Source: an uncultured virus (IMG/VR IMGVR_UViG_3300025789_000002)
Taxonomy: Duplodnaviria; Heunggongvirae; Uroviricota; Caudoviricetes
DNA length: 20,000 nt
IMG/VR virus record: IMGVR_UViG_3300025789_000002
Reading direction: 5' to 3' (one strand)
Shown here: positions 7,795 through 16,590 of the stretch, one piece after another
How the letters are laid out: each line of letters opens with the position of its first letter
How positions within the stretch are numbered: the first letter of the stretch is position 1
Translations under genes and position numbers: made by a program
The notes under the pieces: generated by a model
The model's input: the letters and a program-made list of their open reading frames with translations, nothing else
Told to the model about the DNA's origin: nothing
Database searches by the model: none

Positions 7795-10704
7795 TTACCC
7801 GTTTTGTTTTTGTTTCGCAGCCTTATAAGCATCTAAGCTCTTTTGGTCAGGGAATACGTGTCCATCCATTATAAGTGAAGATTGACCTATAGGTGGTGGG
7901 GCATTTCCGGCAACAACTTGTTTTTGATATCTATCACGAATAGGTGCAGCAATCTCTTCAATTTGTTGTTGTAATGCCTTACGTTTTTCTGGGTCTTTTT
8001 CAGTTTGTAATTGCAGCTGCAACATACCCGTAGCTTTATCAACAGCAGCATCAGCCGCCTTATTAGAAGATATATCTGAAGCTTCCATACGTGGTGCATT
8101 TTTAACTGCGGCGTATGCTTCCCAATCAGTTGCTCCTGGATGTGTTTTCTTATACATTTCCATAGCTTGTATCTCAAGGTTTGTGGCTTTGCCTGAAGAA
8201 GCAGCATTAATACCAGCAACTTTTTCAGCGCTAGCAGCACGCATTTGCTCAATATCTCTATCTTTCTTAAGCTTCTCAGCTTCTTCATAAGACTTAGTAG
8301 CACCTTGCCAATCACCTTCAGCAGCTTTGCGATTAGATTCCTCAAGGGCAGCTTGGCTTTGGGCATTAGCAAGTTTAGCTTTATCAGCAGAATCTACGGC
8401 TTGAGCATACCCAGTAGCACCAACACCAACAGCATGCGCAGCAGGTTTAAGTAATCCAGCAAGGCCTGTACCTGTAGCAGGAGTTTGTGCAAAATCTAAG
8501 AAGCCTTGCGCAATAGCCAAACGTTTTTGGAAATCAGACTTGTCCGGTTCTGCAGCTTGTTGTGCTTCTAATGCAGACATTGCTGATTTAGACTTAGCGC
8601 CAACACCTGGCTCAATGCCACGAGATTTAAAGTAGTTTTCTTGCTCAGCTAAATATGCTTCTTTAGAGCCAGGGGCTGGAGCATTAGGGTCTTGTACCTC
8701 ATCACCTGCAGCGAAAGCTAAAATACCGCCGCCAGCCATACGAACTGGAGAACTCATACCTTGGAACGCACCGCCACCACCTTGAGCAATACCTGATAGG
8801 CGTGCATCCATCGGCATTTGCTGTGGATTCTGTGGTGGGGGAGGTGGCATACCAGCTTGAGCAATAGCTTGTCCTGCACCAGGAATTTGACGTAGTCGGT
8901 TTTGGTCAGCTTGAACACCTTGGAATAGCTGGCGTTCGTCTGGGTTTACTGAAGGGTCAGTGATGCGCTTTTGTAACTGTTGTGAGCTTAGACCTTGAGC
9001 GTCATTTTGTAATTGAGCTTGATTAATTAAAGTACCATATTTAAAACCCGGAACTTCTCCACCAGCTTTCATGCCAATAACGCCGCCTTCTTTCTTAGTA
9101 GCGCCGGCCAATGCAGCGCCAGCACCGAGTAAACCAATACCAGATTGAACTGCAGTAGGTTGTGCTTGATATGATGCTGTGCTTGATTGCTGCATTGGTA
9201 AACCACGTAACATAGCATTGAGCTGACCCAATTGCATAAATGGATACTGTTGTGCAGTAGCATAGTTTTGAACAGCTTGATTGATAACGTTTTGCTGTTG
9301 AGTCTGCTGCTGCGCACCCTGTGTAGATTGCGTATTAATAATACCTTGTTGGGCTGCAAGATCCTGAGCACCGATATTAGCAAGATTAGATGCCTGTGCA
9401 CCCGCTTGAGCATATCCAGCTTGTTGTGCGCCGACGCCAGATAGACCAGCTTGAGCGCCTTGAATACCTAGGCTACCCGCTTGTTGTGCGCCTTGAAGTC
9501 CTTGTGCTGTACCTTGCATACCTAATTGGCCTTGCGCTTGCGCACCAGCTAAACCAGCATTTGCACCAGAGATACCAAGTTGACCGGCCTGTGCTGCACC
9601 AGAAAGACCCATGCCATAGCCTTGCATAGATTGCGCACCAGCTTGTTGAGCACCTTGTAATCCTTGAGCAGTACCAGCTAAACCTAATTGGCCTGCTTGG
9701 TTAGCACCAGCTAGTCCTTGTGAAATTCCTTGTTGGGCTTGAGCGTTACCACTTAGAGCCGCTTGATTAGCAGCATTCATTTGATTCTGAGCATTAGTAA
9801 AGGCTGTGTTATATCCTTGACCAATAATTTGATTTTGGGCCAGCATTTGATTTTGCTGATTTAAGCCTTGCATTAAAGCATTACGTGAGCCACCAAAAGC
9901 CCCTTGTTGAGTAGCTTGGCCTTGCTGCGCTGCACCTTGCATACCATATTGTTGCGCAGCTAATTGTAATTGCGGAGCTAAAGATTGCTGAATATACGGG
10001 TTCATGTAAGCGCCAATAGCGCTTGGGTTTGTTGATTGTTGGCCTAAACTTGCACCAATTTGAGCGCCTTGTTGTCCTTGTCCAACACCCATACCACCAA
10101 GCATATTAGACATTCCAGCAGCCTGCTGCCCTGTTTGCGCACCCATACCACCATACATACTTGATTGGCCTGCGGCCTGTTGGCCAGCCATAGAACCTAG
10201 ACCGCCATATACATTAGATAATCCTGCAGCTTGTTGTCCTGTAGCCGCACCCATACCACCATACATACCAGCTTGTTGCCCAGCTTGTTGGCCAGTAGCA
10301 GCACCAAGATTACCATAAGCGCTAGACATACCAGCAGCTTGTTGACCAGCCATATTACCCATTGCGCCATAGCCTGCAGCCTGGCCTGTTGTACCCAATG
10401 CACCTAAAGCAGAAGTACCAGCTATGTTAGAAGCCGCACCATATTGACCTGGAACCTGTAAGTTAGCCGCTGAAGATTGCGCTTGTTGCTGTAGTGGAGA
10501 AAAGCTAGCTACATAATCTTGTGGGTTAGTACTATATGGGTTGTAGGCGTTAAACCCAGTCATATCAGGGTTAAATACTTGGGTTTGCGCAGCCTGCAAC
10601 ATATTCATTACATACGGCTGTGCGTAGTCAGGAATATTAGTATTCGTTACCGTTGTATTTGTCGGTGCTGCTGATGCTGATGGAGCTGATGATCCGCCAC
10701 TCAT
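7795..10704 (-). CDS. Putative DNA ejection / internal virion protein (969 aa), Gly/Gln/Ala-rich
   Basis: SD AGGA precedes the ATG. The protein has long G/Q/A heptad-like repeats, a hydrophobic GIGLLGAGAALAG segment and a coiled-coil-like C-terminal half. It lies between the GNAT gene and the giant ejection protein gene. Confidence 0.7.
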   Translation of the reverse strand: MSGGSSAPSASAAPTNTTVTNTNIPDYAQPYVMNMLQAAQTQVFNPDMTGFNAYNPYSTNPQDYVASFSPLQQQAQSSAANLQVPGQYGAASNIAGTSALGALGTTGQAAGYGAMGNMAGQQAAGMSSAYGNLGAATGQQAGQQAGMYGGMGAATGQQAAGLSNVYGGLGSMAGQQAAGQSSMYGGMGAQTGQQAAGMSNMLGGMGVGQGQQGAQIGASLGQQSTNPSAIGAYMNPYIQQSLAPQLQLAAQQYGMQGAAQQGQATQQGAFGGSRNALMQGLNQQNQMLAQNQIIGQGYNTAFTNAQNQMNAANQAALSGNAQAQQGISQGLAGANQAGQLGLAGTAQGLQGAQQAGAQSMQGYGMGLSGAAQAGQLGISGANAGLAGAQAQGQLGMQGTAQGLQGAQQAGSLGIQGAQAGLSGVGAQQAGYAQAGAQASNLANIGAQDLAAQQGIINTQSTQGAQQQTQQQNVINQAVQNYATAQQYPFMQLGQLNAMLRGLPMQQSSTASYQAQPTAVQSGIGLLGAGAALAGATKKEGGVIGMKAGGEVPGFKYGTLINQAQLQNDAQGLSSQQLQKRITDPSVNPDERQLFQGVQADQNRLRQIPGAGQAIAQAGMPPPPPQNPQQMPMDARLSGIAQGGGGAFQGMSSPVRMAGGGILAFAAGDEVQDPNAPAPGSKEAYLAEQENYFKSRGIEPGVGAKSKSAMSALEAQQAAEPDKSDFQKRLAIAQGFLDFAQTPATGTGLAGLLKPAAHAVGVGATGYAQAVDSADKAKLANAQSQAALEESNRKAAEGDWQGATKSYEEAEKLKKDRDIEQMRAASAEKVAGINAASSGKATNLEIQAMEMYKKTHPGATDWEAYAAVKNAPRMEASDISSNKAADAAVDKATGMLQLQLQTEKDPEKRKALQQQIEEIAAPIRDRYQKQVVAGNAPPPIGQSSLIMDGHVFPDQKSLDAYKAAKQKQNG
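9400..10400 (-). repeat. Low-complexity coding repeats (GMGAxTGQQAAG / QGLxGAQQAG units)
   Basis: Repeated peptide units in the 969-aa protein. DNA words such as CGCACCCATACCACCATACATAC recur near 10138 and 10246. Confidence 0.75.
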
Positions 10705-10705
10705 A

Positions 10706-11164
10706 TTAATTTCCTAACATTTTTGTAAATACTTTATCTGTTATTTTGTAACCTAAATATTCAAACAATCTTGAATTGTCTAAATGAATCTTCGTGTTCA
10801 CTACTATTCTTTGTACACCACGACGTTTTAAAGCATCTTCTGCGTACTGAAATAATCTAATACCAATCCTACCCTTGCGATATTCTTTTCTAACGAAGTA
10901 AATATCTTCTGTTGCTGTTACACAAGATTTATAATGCAAATGCGGGGACACAAAAAATATAATGTATCCAATTAACTCACCATCTGCTCTACAAGTAATA
11001 CACCGCAACATACCTGCCTGTGCTACACGCCTATACCCTTCATAATCTGGCTCTAGCGGAAATTCTTTAGTAACACTTAATTCTTCATAGTGGAGAGGTA
11101 AGAGTCGTTCAAATTCAGGTAAAAATCCAAAAGCATCTACATCTTCATAAACAATAGTGGTCAT
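10706..11164 (-). CDS. GNAT family N-acetyltransferase (152 aa)
   Basis: GNAT motif A-like IYFVRKEYRKGRIGIRLF, ELIGYIIF strand and C-terminal LFEYLGY. ATGA overlap with the upstream gene. Confidence 0.85.
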   Translation of the reverse strand: MTTIVYEDVDAFGFLPEFERLLPLHYEELSVTKEFPLEPDYEGYRRVAQAGMLRCITCRADGELIGYIIFFVSPHLHYKSCVTATEDIYFVRKEYRKGRIGIRLFQYAEDALKRRGVQRIVVNTKIHLDNSRLFEYLGYKITDKVFTKMLGN

Positions 11165-13389
11165 TTTGGCATGTATTTATTTACGTTAACTTGCGGGGCT
11201 TGCTTCTTTCGCCCTGTCCGTGCTTTCCTTATTTTATCCATCATTGCGTATAAGTGCTTAGCTCCTGCTTCAGTAGAGCCATTGCCCAAATGAGACACAA
11301 CATCAGCAGGCACCACAAACTCGCCATCTGCCAAGCGTGCAGGTTGTTTAGCACCAATTTGAGCCGGGATAGAATCGGACATGCCATCTCCAGGGCCTTT
11401 CAATAAGTGACCACCGTCAGAATAAGAACCTAAACTTGGTATATCTCCGCCATGCGCATAATGTAATTCGTTTGGCATTAGCCCACCTCCAGCGCCACCA
11501 GGTCCTGCATCCCCATAGTAACCATTTTGCTGTTGTTGCTGTGCCGCTGCCGCTTGGGCCTGCGCTGCTTGTTGCGCTTGCATTTGTTGGTAAGCAGGGG
11601 AGCCTACCATAGTTGTTGGGTCTATTGCACGGCCTGTAGAAGTTGGTGCTGTTGCTCGTGTTGGCGCTACGATACCTTGTTGTGGGTAAGCTCTCGTTGC
11701 TGCTTGTAGTTGTGCAGGAGCCATTGTTGGCTGAGGCTGAAATGGTGTTTGTTTGTAATTAGCATATTGTGGGTGATATATTGCAGCACCGCCACCGGCC
11801 ATACCAATAACTCCGCCTTCTGCTGCTTCTGTTTCTGGTAATTGAGCCGCAGCTTGTTGTGCTTGGGCTTGTTGTGCTTGGGCTTGTTGCTTTGCAGCAG
11901 CTAATTGTGCCATATAGGAATCAGAAGACATACCTGAGCTTAGAGTTCTTGCTGAAGGCAAAGCTGATTTTATACCAGCAGTAGGCATCTTAGCAGCGGC
12001 TTGAATTTTTGCTTGGCGAGCAATAGTAGCTGAAAATGCGTCTAAATTTCTTGTATCAGGGTCTGTATCTTGGTAGGTTGTTGCATCAGCTGGGTTAGCT
12101 GCAGGAGCTGTTCCGTGCTTAATATAGCTTTGTGGGTCATATGGATTATTACTGCCCATATAGCTTTGTGGGTCGTATTTATTAACCAAATCACCGGATT
12201 TAAAAGCAATAGCTCCGCCGCCAGCAAATCCTTGAGGCATCATTTCACCAGTCATAGGATTAGTTTTAGTATCGTAGTCAGCCGCAACAGCTTGGGCACC
12301 AGTATTCATTTGAGTCGGTGTTGCATACTGTGGGCTAGTAATCTGACTTTGTGGGAACATTCCTGTAGAACCACCAACTGCCATACCCTCTAATGGGCTA
12401 CTGCTATCTGTTATACCACCAGCTGCCATGTTTGTTGTCGGCGCATATGGGTTATATGGGTTTTGCACATAGTTAGGGTACTGTGCTTGGTAATGTGGAT
12501 TAGGTTGTGTTGGAAATGAGCCTTGGAAATTAGACGAAATTCTTTGCAATGGTTGACCATACCCACTTGTACTATTTGACGTTGCAGGACCACCTTGCAA
12601 TGTAGGAGTTCTAGTTAAAGCACTACCAACTAAAGGTGCAGCTACTGCAGCTACTTGGCCTAAATGACTACCCATATAATCCATCACGTTGCCAGACCCT
12701 AAACCAGCATACGCTGTAGATAATGGGCTTGCTGCCGCTTGCGCATTAGCACTTAGCATACCGGTAGCTTGCGCTGTACCTGCTGGGTTAAATGCTGCAT
12801 TTGCGTTTAAAGCTGCTGTTTGTTCTGCTGTTAAACCTGCGGTGTTAGCTACTTGATTTTGTGCTATGCTGGTTGCTAGACTAGGGTTTTCCCCAGCTAA
12901 CATTTCTGAGGGTGTAAAACCACTAGTAGCTGGGTTATATCCAGAAATACCTTCACCTAAAGTTTTAGCAGCTTCTGCATTATAAGCAGCGTTCCCAGCA
13001 TCGCCCCCGCTTTGTACTAAAGCATCGGCACCTAACCCTTCAATCCCACTAGCCAGACTACCACCACCCCATGCGCCAAGACCAGCCATAAGGCCTTGGG
13101 TTAAAGAGCCAGTCATAGCGTAGTCGGCAAGACCAATACCACCTGCAACAAGCGGAAGCATCTCTGGACCTAAAAAAGCAGAAGCTGCAACACCGGCAAC
13201 CATAGGTAAAACACTGCTTAAAAAGCCTGCTTCTGGTAAACCCGTAGTTGGGTTAATTGTTAAGTCACCACCGTGGGCTTGAGCAAGCTGACGTAAACCC
13301 TTAATCTCACCTTTTGTCATGTGGATTAATTCAGTATCAGGGCCTCGGCCTTGTGCTTTTAGGTGCTCTGCTGCTATTTTTAGGCTCAT
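11161..13389 (-). CDS. Putative internal virion / ejection protein (742 aa)
   Basis: SD AAGGGG. N-terminal GRGPDTELIHM...TINPTTGLPEA domain, followed by Gly/Ala hydrophobic helices and a P/Q/A-rich middle with repeated AxGG motifs. The C-terminal domain is GPGDGMSDSIPA...ARLADGEFVVPADVV. Confidence 0.7.
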   Translation of the reverse strand: MSLKIAAEHLKAQGRGPDTELIHMTKGEIKGLRQLAQAHGGDLTINPTTGLPEAGFLSSVLPMVAGVAASAFLGPEMLPLVAGGIGLADYAMTGSLTQGLMAGLGAWGGGSLASGIEGLGADALVQSGGDAGNAAYNAEAAKTLGEGISGYNPATSGFTPSEMLAGENPSLATSIAQNQVANTAGLTAEQTAALNANAAFNPAGTAQATGMLSANAQAAASPLSTAYAGLGSGNVMDYMGSHLGQVAAVAAPLVGSALTRTPTLQGGPATSNSTSGYGQPLQRISSNFQGSFPTQPNPHYQAQYPNYVQNPYNPYAPTTNMAAGGITDSSSPLEGMAVGGSTGMFPQSQITSPQYATPTQMNTGAQAVAADYDTKTNPMTGEMMPQGFAGGGAIAFKSGDLVNKYDPQSYMGSNNPYDPQSYIKHGTAPAANPADATTYQDTDPDTRNLDAFSATIARQAKIQAAAKMPTAGIKSALPSARTLSSGMSSDSYMAQLAAAKQQAQAQQAQAQQAAAQLPETEAAEGGVIGMAGGGAAIYHPQYANYKQTPFQPQPTMAPAQLQAATRAYPQQGIVAPTRATAPTSTGRAIDPTTMVGSPAYQQMQAQQAAQAQAAAAQQQQQNGYYGDAGPGGAGGGLMPNELHYAHGGDIPSLGSYSDGGHLLKGPGDGMSDSIPAQIGAKQPARLADGEFVVPADVVSHLGNGSTEAGAKHLYAMMDKIRKARTGRKKQAPQVNVNKYMPK

Positions 13390-13417
13390 ATACGCCCCTT
13401 GGTATAGTGTTGGGTTG

Positions 13418-13426
13418 ATTTTATCA
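13418..13426 (-). promoter_or_regulatory. Putative extended -10 promoter upstream of the ejection-protein module
   Basis: The minus strand reads TGATAAAAT (TG-n-TAAAAT) in the 38-nt gap before the 742-aa gene, followed by SD AAGGGG. There is no good -35 element. Confidence 0.45.
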
Positions 13427-13427
13427 T

Positions 13428-13718
13428 TTAGACTACAGTTCCACTAGCATTTACCCAAGCTTTACCGTTCCACCAAATGGGATACCCAAGGGTAGTATCA
13501 AAAAACTGCCATCCAACTTGTAGGTTAAGTGTCGGTCTTTGAGTCTTAGGGCCATTGTCAGGGGTTAAAACAGACTGGGTAAAATTATCTATTTGTGTGA
13601 AGTAAAGGCGAAATGAGTTGTTAAGCTGGTCTTGGTATTGCTGTGTATAGTCTACCGGTGCAATAGGTAAATTAGGTGCCTTTGAAGGGCGTAGGACTAT
13701 TGTTTTTGGTGTAGCCAT
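13428..13718 (-). CDS. Small virion / tail-associated protein (96 aa)
   Basis: TAATG coupling to the nozzle gene. N-terminal APNLPIAP...FRLYFTQIDN helix and C-terminal RPT...FFDTTLGYPIWWNGKAWV module, a type seen in phage tail proteins. Confidence 0.7.
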   Translation of the reverse strand: MATPKTIVLRPSKAPNLPIAPVDYTQQYQDQLNNSFRLYFTQIDNFTQSVLTPDNGPKTQRPTLNLQVGWQFFDTTLGYPIWWNGKAWVNASGTVV

Positions 13719-15997
13719 TATCTTCTACCATCCGGCCTAATATCAATACGTGGGCTACCAAGCTGCCATGTGACACCAAGCTGGCCCATTGACTCAATCC
13801 TAAAGCTCATCTGACGCCCACGAAGTCGTGTATAAACTTGACCAGTAAATTGTTGGATTGTATAGGCTGGCAAAACAGTATAGTTTTGTGAACTAGTAAC
13901 TTGAGGATTATCTGCTTGTCCATAAGCGGAACCAGAGTTTGCCCGTGGTTTTACAGTCATAGTTACATAAGGCTGATTTGTAGTAGAGCCATTAAAATTA
14001 ACGTCAGGAAGTATACGCCACACAAACCCAAAATTATGACCATCCCCAATATCAAAATCAGAAGATTGTACATAAGAATCAATAGGTTGCGGGTTAGTAG
14101 TTGCTTGGTCATCACACCCATTCTCATGGTAAAGCAGTCGTCCATTGTAGTCGGCGGCGATAGGGTAAGGCTGTGTTCCTGTTTGCATCCAAGCAGTGCG
14201 GCCATTTAAAGCCCATGCCATGCCAGTACCAGACCCAGTACCAGTAGCAACAAAATACGTACCTACATCGTTAGAAGAAGCACCGATAAGCTGGAAATTA
14301 GTAGTTCCAACGCTAGCAATAACGTATTGTTTACCCACCACAAAAGACCCAGCTTGTACTTGGCTAGCATTAAATGTGCCGTAATACCATACACGGTCTA
14401 AGTAGTTATAAATAACGTAGCGGTCAACGGAAAAATCTAAGCTTTCTTCACTAACATAAAACCACCACACTTCATTAAAGGCTTCGTTCGCACCAGTAAA
14501 GACTTGGTATGCTTGCTGTTGATTTATATCGTCAAAAATATATTGGCGAAGCGAACAAGGTAAAGTCTCTACTCGGCCTGAGTACATATAGAATCGGTCT
14601 CGGCCCATCCAGTAAGTCACATTATTAACTGTAATCATTGAGTTAGGCGAAATAATAGATATGTTATCCATCAGAATTTGGAACCCCCAAACATAAGGAG
14701 CACCTAAATACTGCATAGAATAAATAGCAGAATCAGTCCAAACTAAAATCTCTTGACGAGTTGCACGGGCGCCCATAATATAAGAGCCGTTAGTTAGTAA
14801 GTATTCGCCAGATTGGTTTGTTAATTGAGGTATCCATTGGTATGCGTTCGCTTGGTCCGACCATCTAACCAACATAGGGTTAAATGTAGTCGCTGCATTA
14901 TTAGGCGAATATGAATTAGCACCAAAAGCAATAACAAATTCTTGGATAGCTGAAGTAATAACTTGATAAGTTTGCGTAGGTACAAAGGCACCAGCGTAAG
15001 AATAGTTATAATTACCTGAGCTGGCCCCAGAAGTTGTAGTAGTGATAGGAACTGTTGTAGCCCCTGTTATATAGCTAGATGCTATTTTTGTATTTGCAGG
15101 TAGGTTAGTTCCTGTGATAACCATGTAAGGAAATAGGTTTGGTGCTGCTGCTGAAGAAACAGTAATGCTTGTTGCACTTCCTGCAAACGTAGTTCCCGAA
15201 TCTACATAAGATGTAGTTGTGTTTGCTATGGAGCTTAAATACTGAGCACGAGATGACACGGTACCAGAATCTGCCCAATAGAAGATAGGACCACCTCGAG
15301 GTGCAATAATTAAGTCTGAACCAAAGTTGTCGCTAGACCAAAGGCGTAGTTGCTGCCCAATACCAGCAGAATATGAAGAACCCCAACCACCACGGCTCCA
15401 AGGGCCAGTACCCCAGCCAGTTCCTATAGAGAAAATATTTAAGCCAACTGGGTATTCGTAAGCGGCTGTAACTGTTCCACCACCTGTAGCACTAGATGTA
15501 GCTGCCGATGCCGCTGTGATGGTGTAAGTCGTTGATGATGGGACTGACTGTACTTGGTAGTTACCAGAAATAGTTAAGCCACCTACTGCTGAAGCGCCAG
15601 AAAATGTAACAAAATCCCCCACCCCTGGGTTATAGCTACTATCGGTAACTGTAACTGTTTTAGAAGTATTAACTGTAGTAAATGGGTTTGTAAGCGTATC
15701 TGTTTGGACTATGGGGGTAATATCGTTATAAATACCACCAAAATAAATATAGTATTTAAGGTTAGTTCCTAGCCCGATATATGTATTACCAGCACCAGCA
15801 TCACCATCTAACCATATCCAAATAGACCTGCATAAGCCTAGGAATTGGTTGTTAGATACTTGAGTCCAGCCGCCTATTTTCTCTGGATAGCCAGAACGAA
15901 AACGTATTTTATCGCCGTCATACCAACCACCTTCATTAGAATAGTCAGTGCCTTCACGGTTTAAACCTGGTCTAAATTGTAGTTTTTGTAACGGCAT
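13718..15997 (-). CDS. Tail nozzle / stabilisation-like protein (tail tubular B / P22 gp10-like beta-propeller; 759 aa)
   Basis: The size, the beta-rich Trp/Tyr pattern (LVRWSDQ, ILVWTDSAIYSM, TYWMGRDRFYMYSG, FNEVWWFY) and the position before the ejection genes fit a podovirus nozzle. It also contains Thr/Ser-rich inserted domains. Confidence 0.65.
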   Translation of the reverse strand: MPLQKLQFRPGLNREGTDYSNEGGWYDGDKIRFRSGYPEKIGGWTQVSNNQFLGLCRSIWIWLDGDAGAGNTYIGLGTNLKYYIYFGGIYNDITPIVQTDTLTNPFTTVNTSKTVTVTDSSYNPGVGDFVTFSGASAVGGLTISGNYQVQSVPSSTTYTITAASAATSSATGGGTVTAAYEYPVGLNIFSIGTGWGTGPWSRGGWGSSYSAGIGQQLRLWSSDNFGSDLIIAPRGGPIFYWADSGTVSSRAQYLSSIANTTTSYVDSGTTFAGSATSITVSSAAAPNLFPYMVITGTNLPANTKIASSYITGATTVPITTTTSGASSGNYNYSYAGAFVPTQTYQVITSAIQEFVIAFGANSYSPNNAATTFNPMLVRWSDQANAYQWIPQLTNQSGEYLLTNGSYIMGARATRQEILVWTDSAIYSMQYLGAPYVWGFQILMDNISIISPNSMITVNNVTYWMGRDRFYMYSGRVETLPCSLRQYIFDDINQQQAYQVFTGANEAFNEVWWFYVSEESLDFSVDRYVIYNYLDRVWYYGTFNASQVQAGSFVVGKQYVIASVGTTNFQLIGASSNDVGTYFVATGTGSGTGMAWALNGRTAWMQTGTQPYPIAADYNGRLLYHENGCDDQATTNPQPIDSYVQSSDFDIGDGHNFGFVWRILPDVNFNGSTTNQPYVTMTVKPRANSGSAYGQADNPQVTSSQNYTVLPAYTIQQFTGQVYTRLRGRQMSFRIESMGQLGVTWQLGSPRIDIRPDGRR

Positions 15998-16590
15998 TAG
16001 TATGTATCCAGTGCTTTTTGTGCTTCTGCTGTTTTAGCTACTCGCTCGGCGTAACCATTCATACCGCCATTAATGCGATGGGTCATTTCTTTTATATCAC
16101 CAGCATCTGCAAGGGCATTAAGCCCTTTTTTATTCCAAAACCATCCAGCGGATAAGCAAGCATATTTAGGAGTAAGAAGAGTATCCGGTTCGCTAATAAT
16201 ATCTATACCAAGCGCCGACCCGCAAAATAAATACGCATCTTTTCCAGTAAGCTGAATAACGCCACGCCCTCTAAACTTAAAGCCATCGCCATCCTCTGTG
16301 TTACCCATTCTACCAGCATAGACCTTATTTGCAATCTTTTCGGGGTTATGTGCATACTTATCGGCGGTGTCATGGTCAGGAAAACGACTAGGCCAAACAC
16401 GCATTAACGCAGCTGCTGAGTAATCTAAATCTTCTTCAAGCTTTTTAAAGTTACCTGACTCTACAATACACTGCCCTAAGAATGCAGCTTGGCGACGGGT
16501 AGTAGAAATTCCATATTTAACAAACGTAGCTATGAGTGGGTCATACCACTTTTCATCAATACCAAGAGATTTTAGTTGTTCTGGGCTCAT
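15997..16590 (-). CDS. Glycoside hydrolase family 19 endolysin (197 aa)
   Basis: GH19 motifs AAFLGQCIVESG..LEE, IANKVYAGRMGN, FRGRGVIQLTG, SAGWFW and THRINGG.NG..ER. It sits next to the spanin and holin genes. Confidence 0.9.
   Translation of the reverse strand: MSPEQLKSLGIDEKWYDPLIATFVKYGISTTRRQAAFLGQCIVESGNFKKLEEDLDYSAAALMRVWPSRFPDHDTADKYAHNPEKIANKVYAGRMGNTEDGDGFKFRGRGVIQLTGKDAYLFCGSALGIDIISEPDTLLTPKYACLSAGWFWNKKGLNALADAGDIKEMTHRINGGMNGYAERVAKTAEAQKALDTY

Noticed and set aside
7887..8372. 161-aa same-strand alternate-frame ORF in the 969-aa gene
   Set aside because: The Leu/Lys-rich sequence is what a frame shift of Ala/Glu/Lys codons (GCT, GAA, AAA) produces. It has no convincing SD and the main frame here looks structured.
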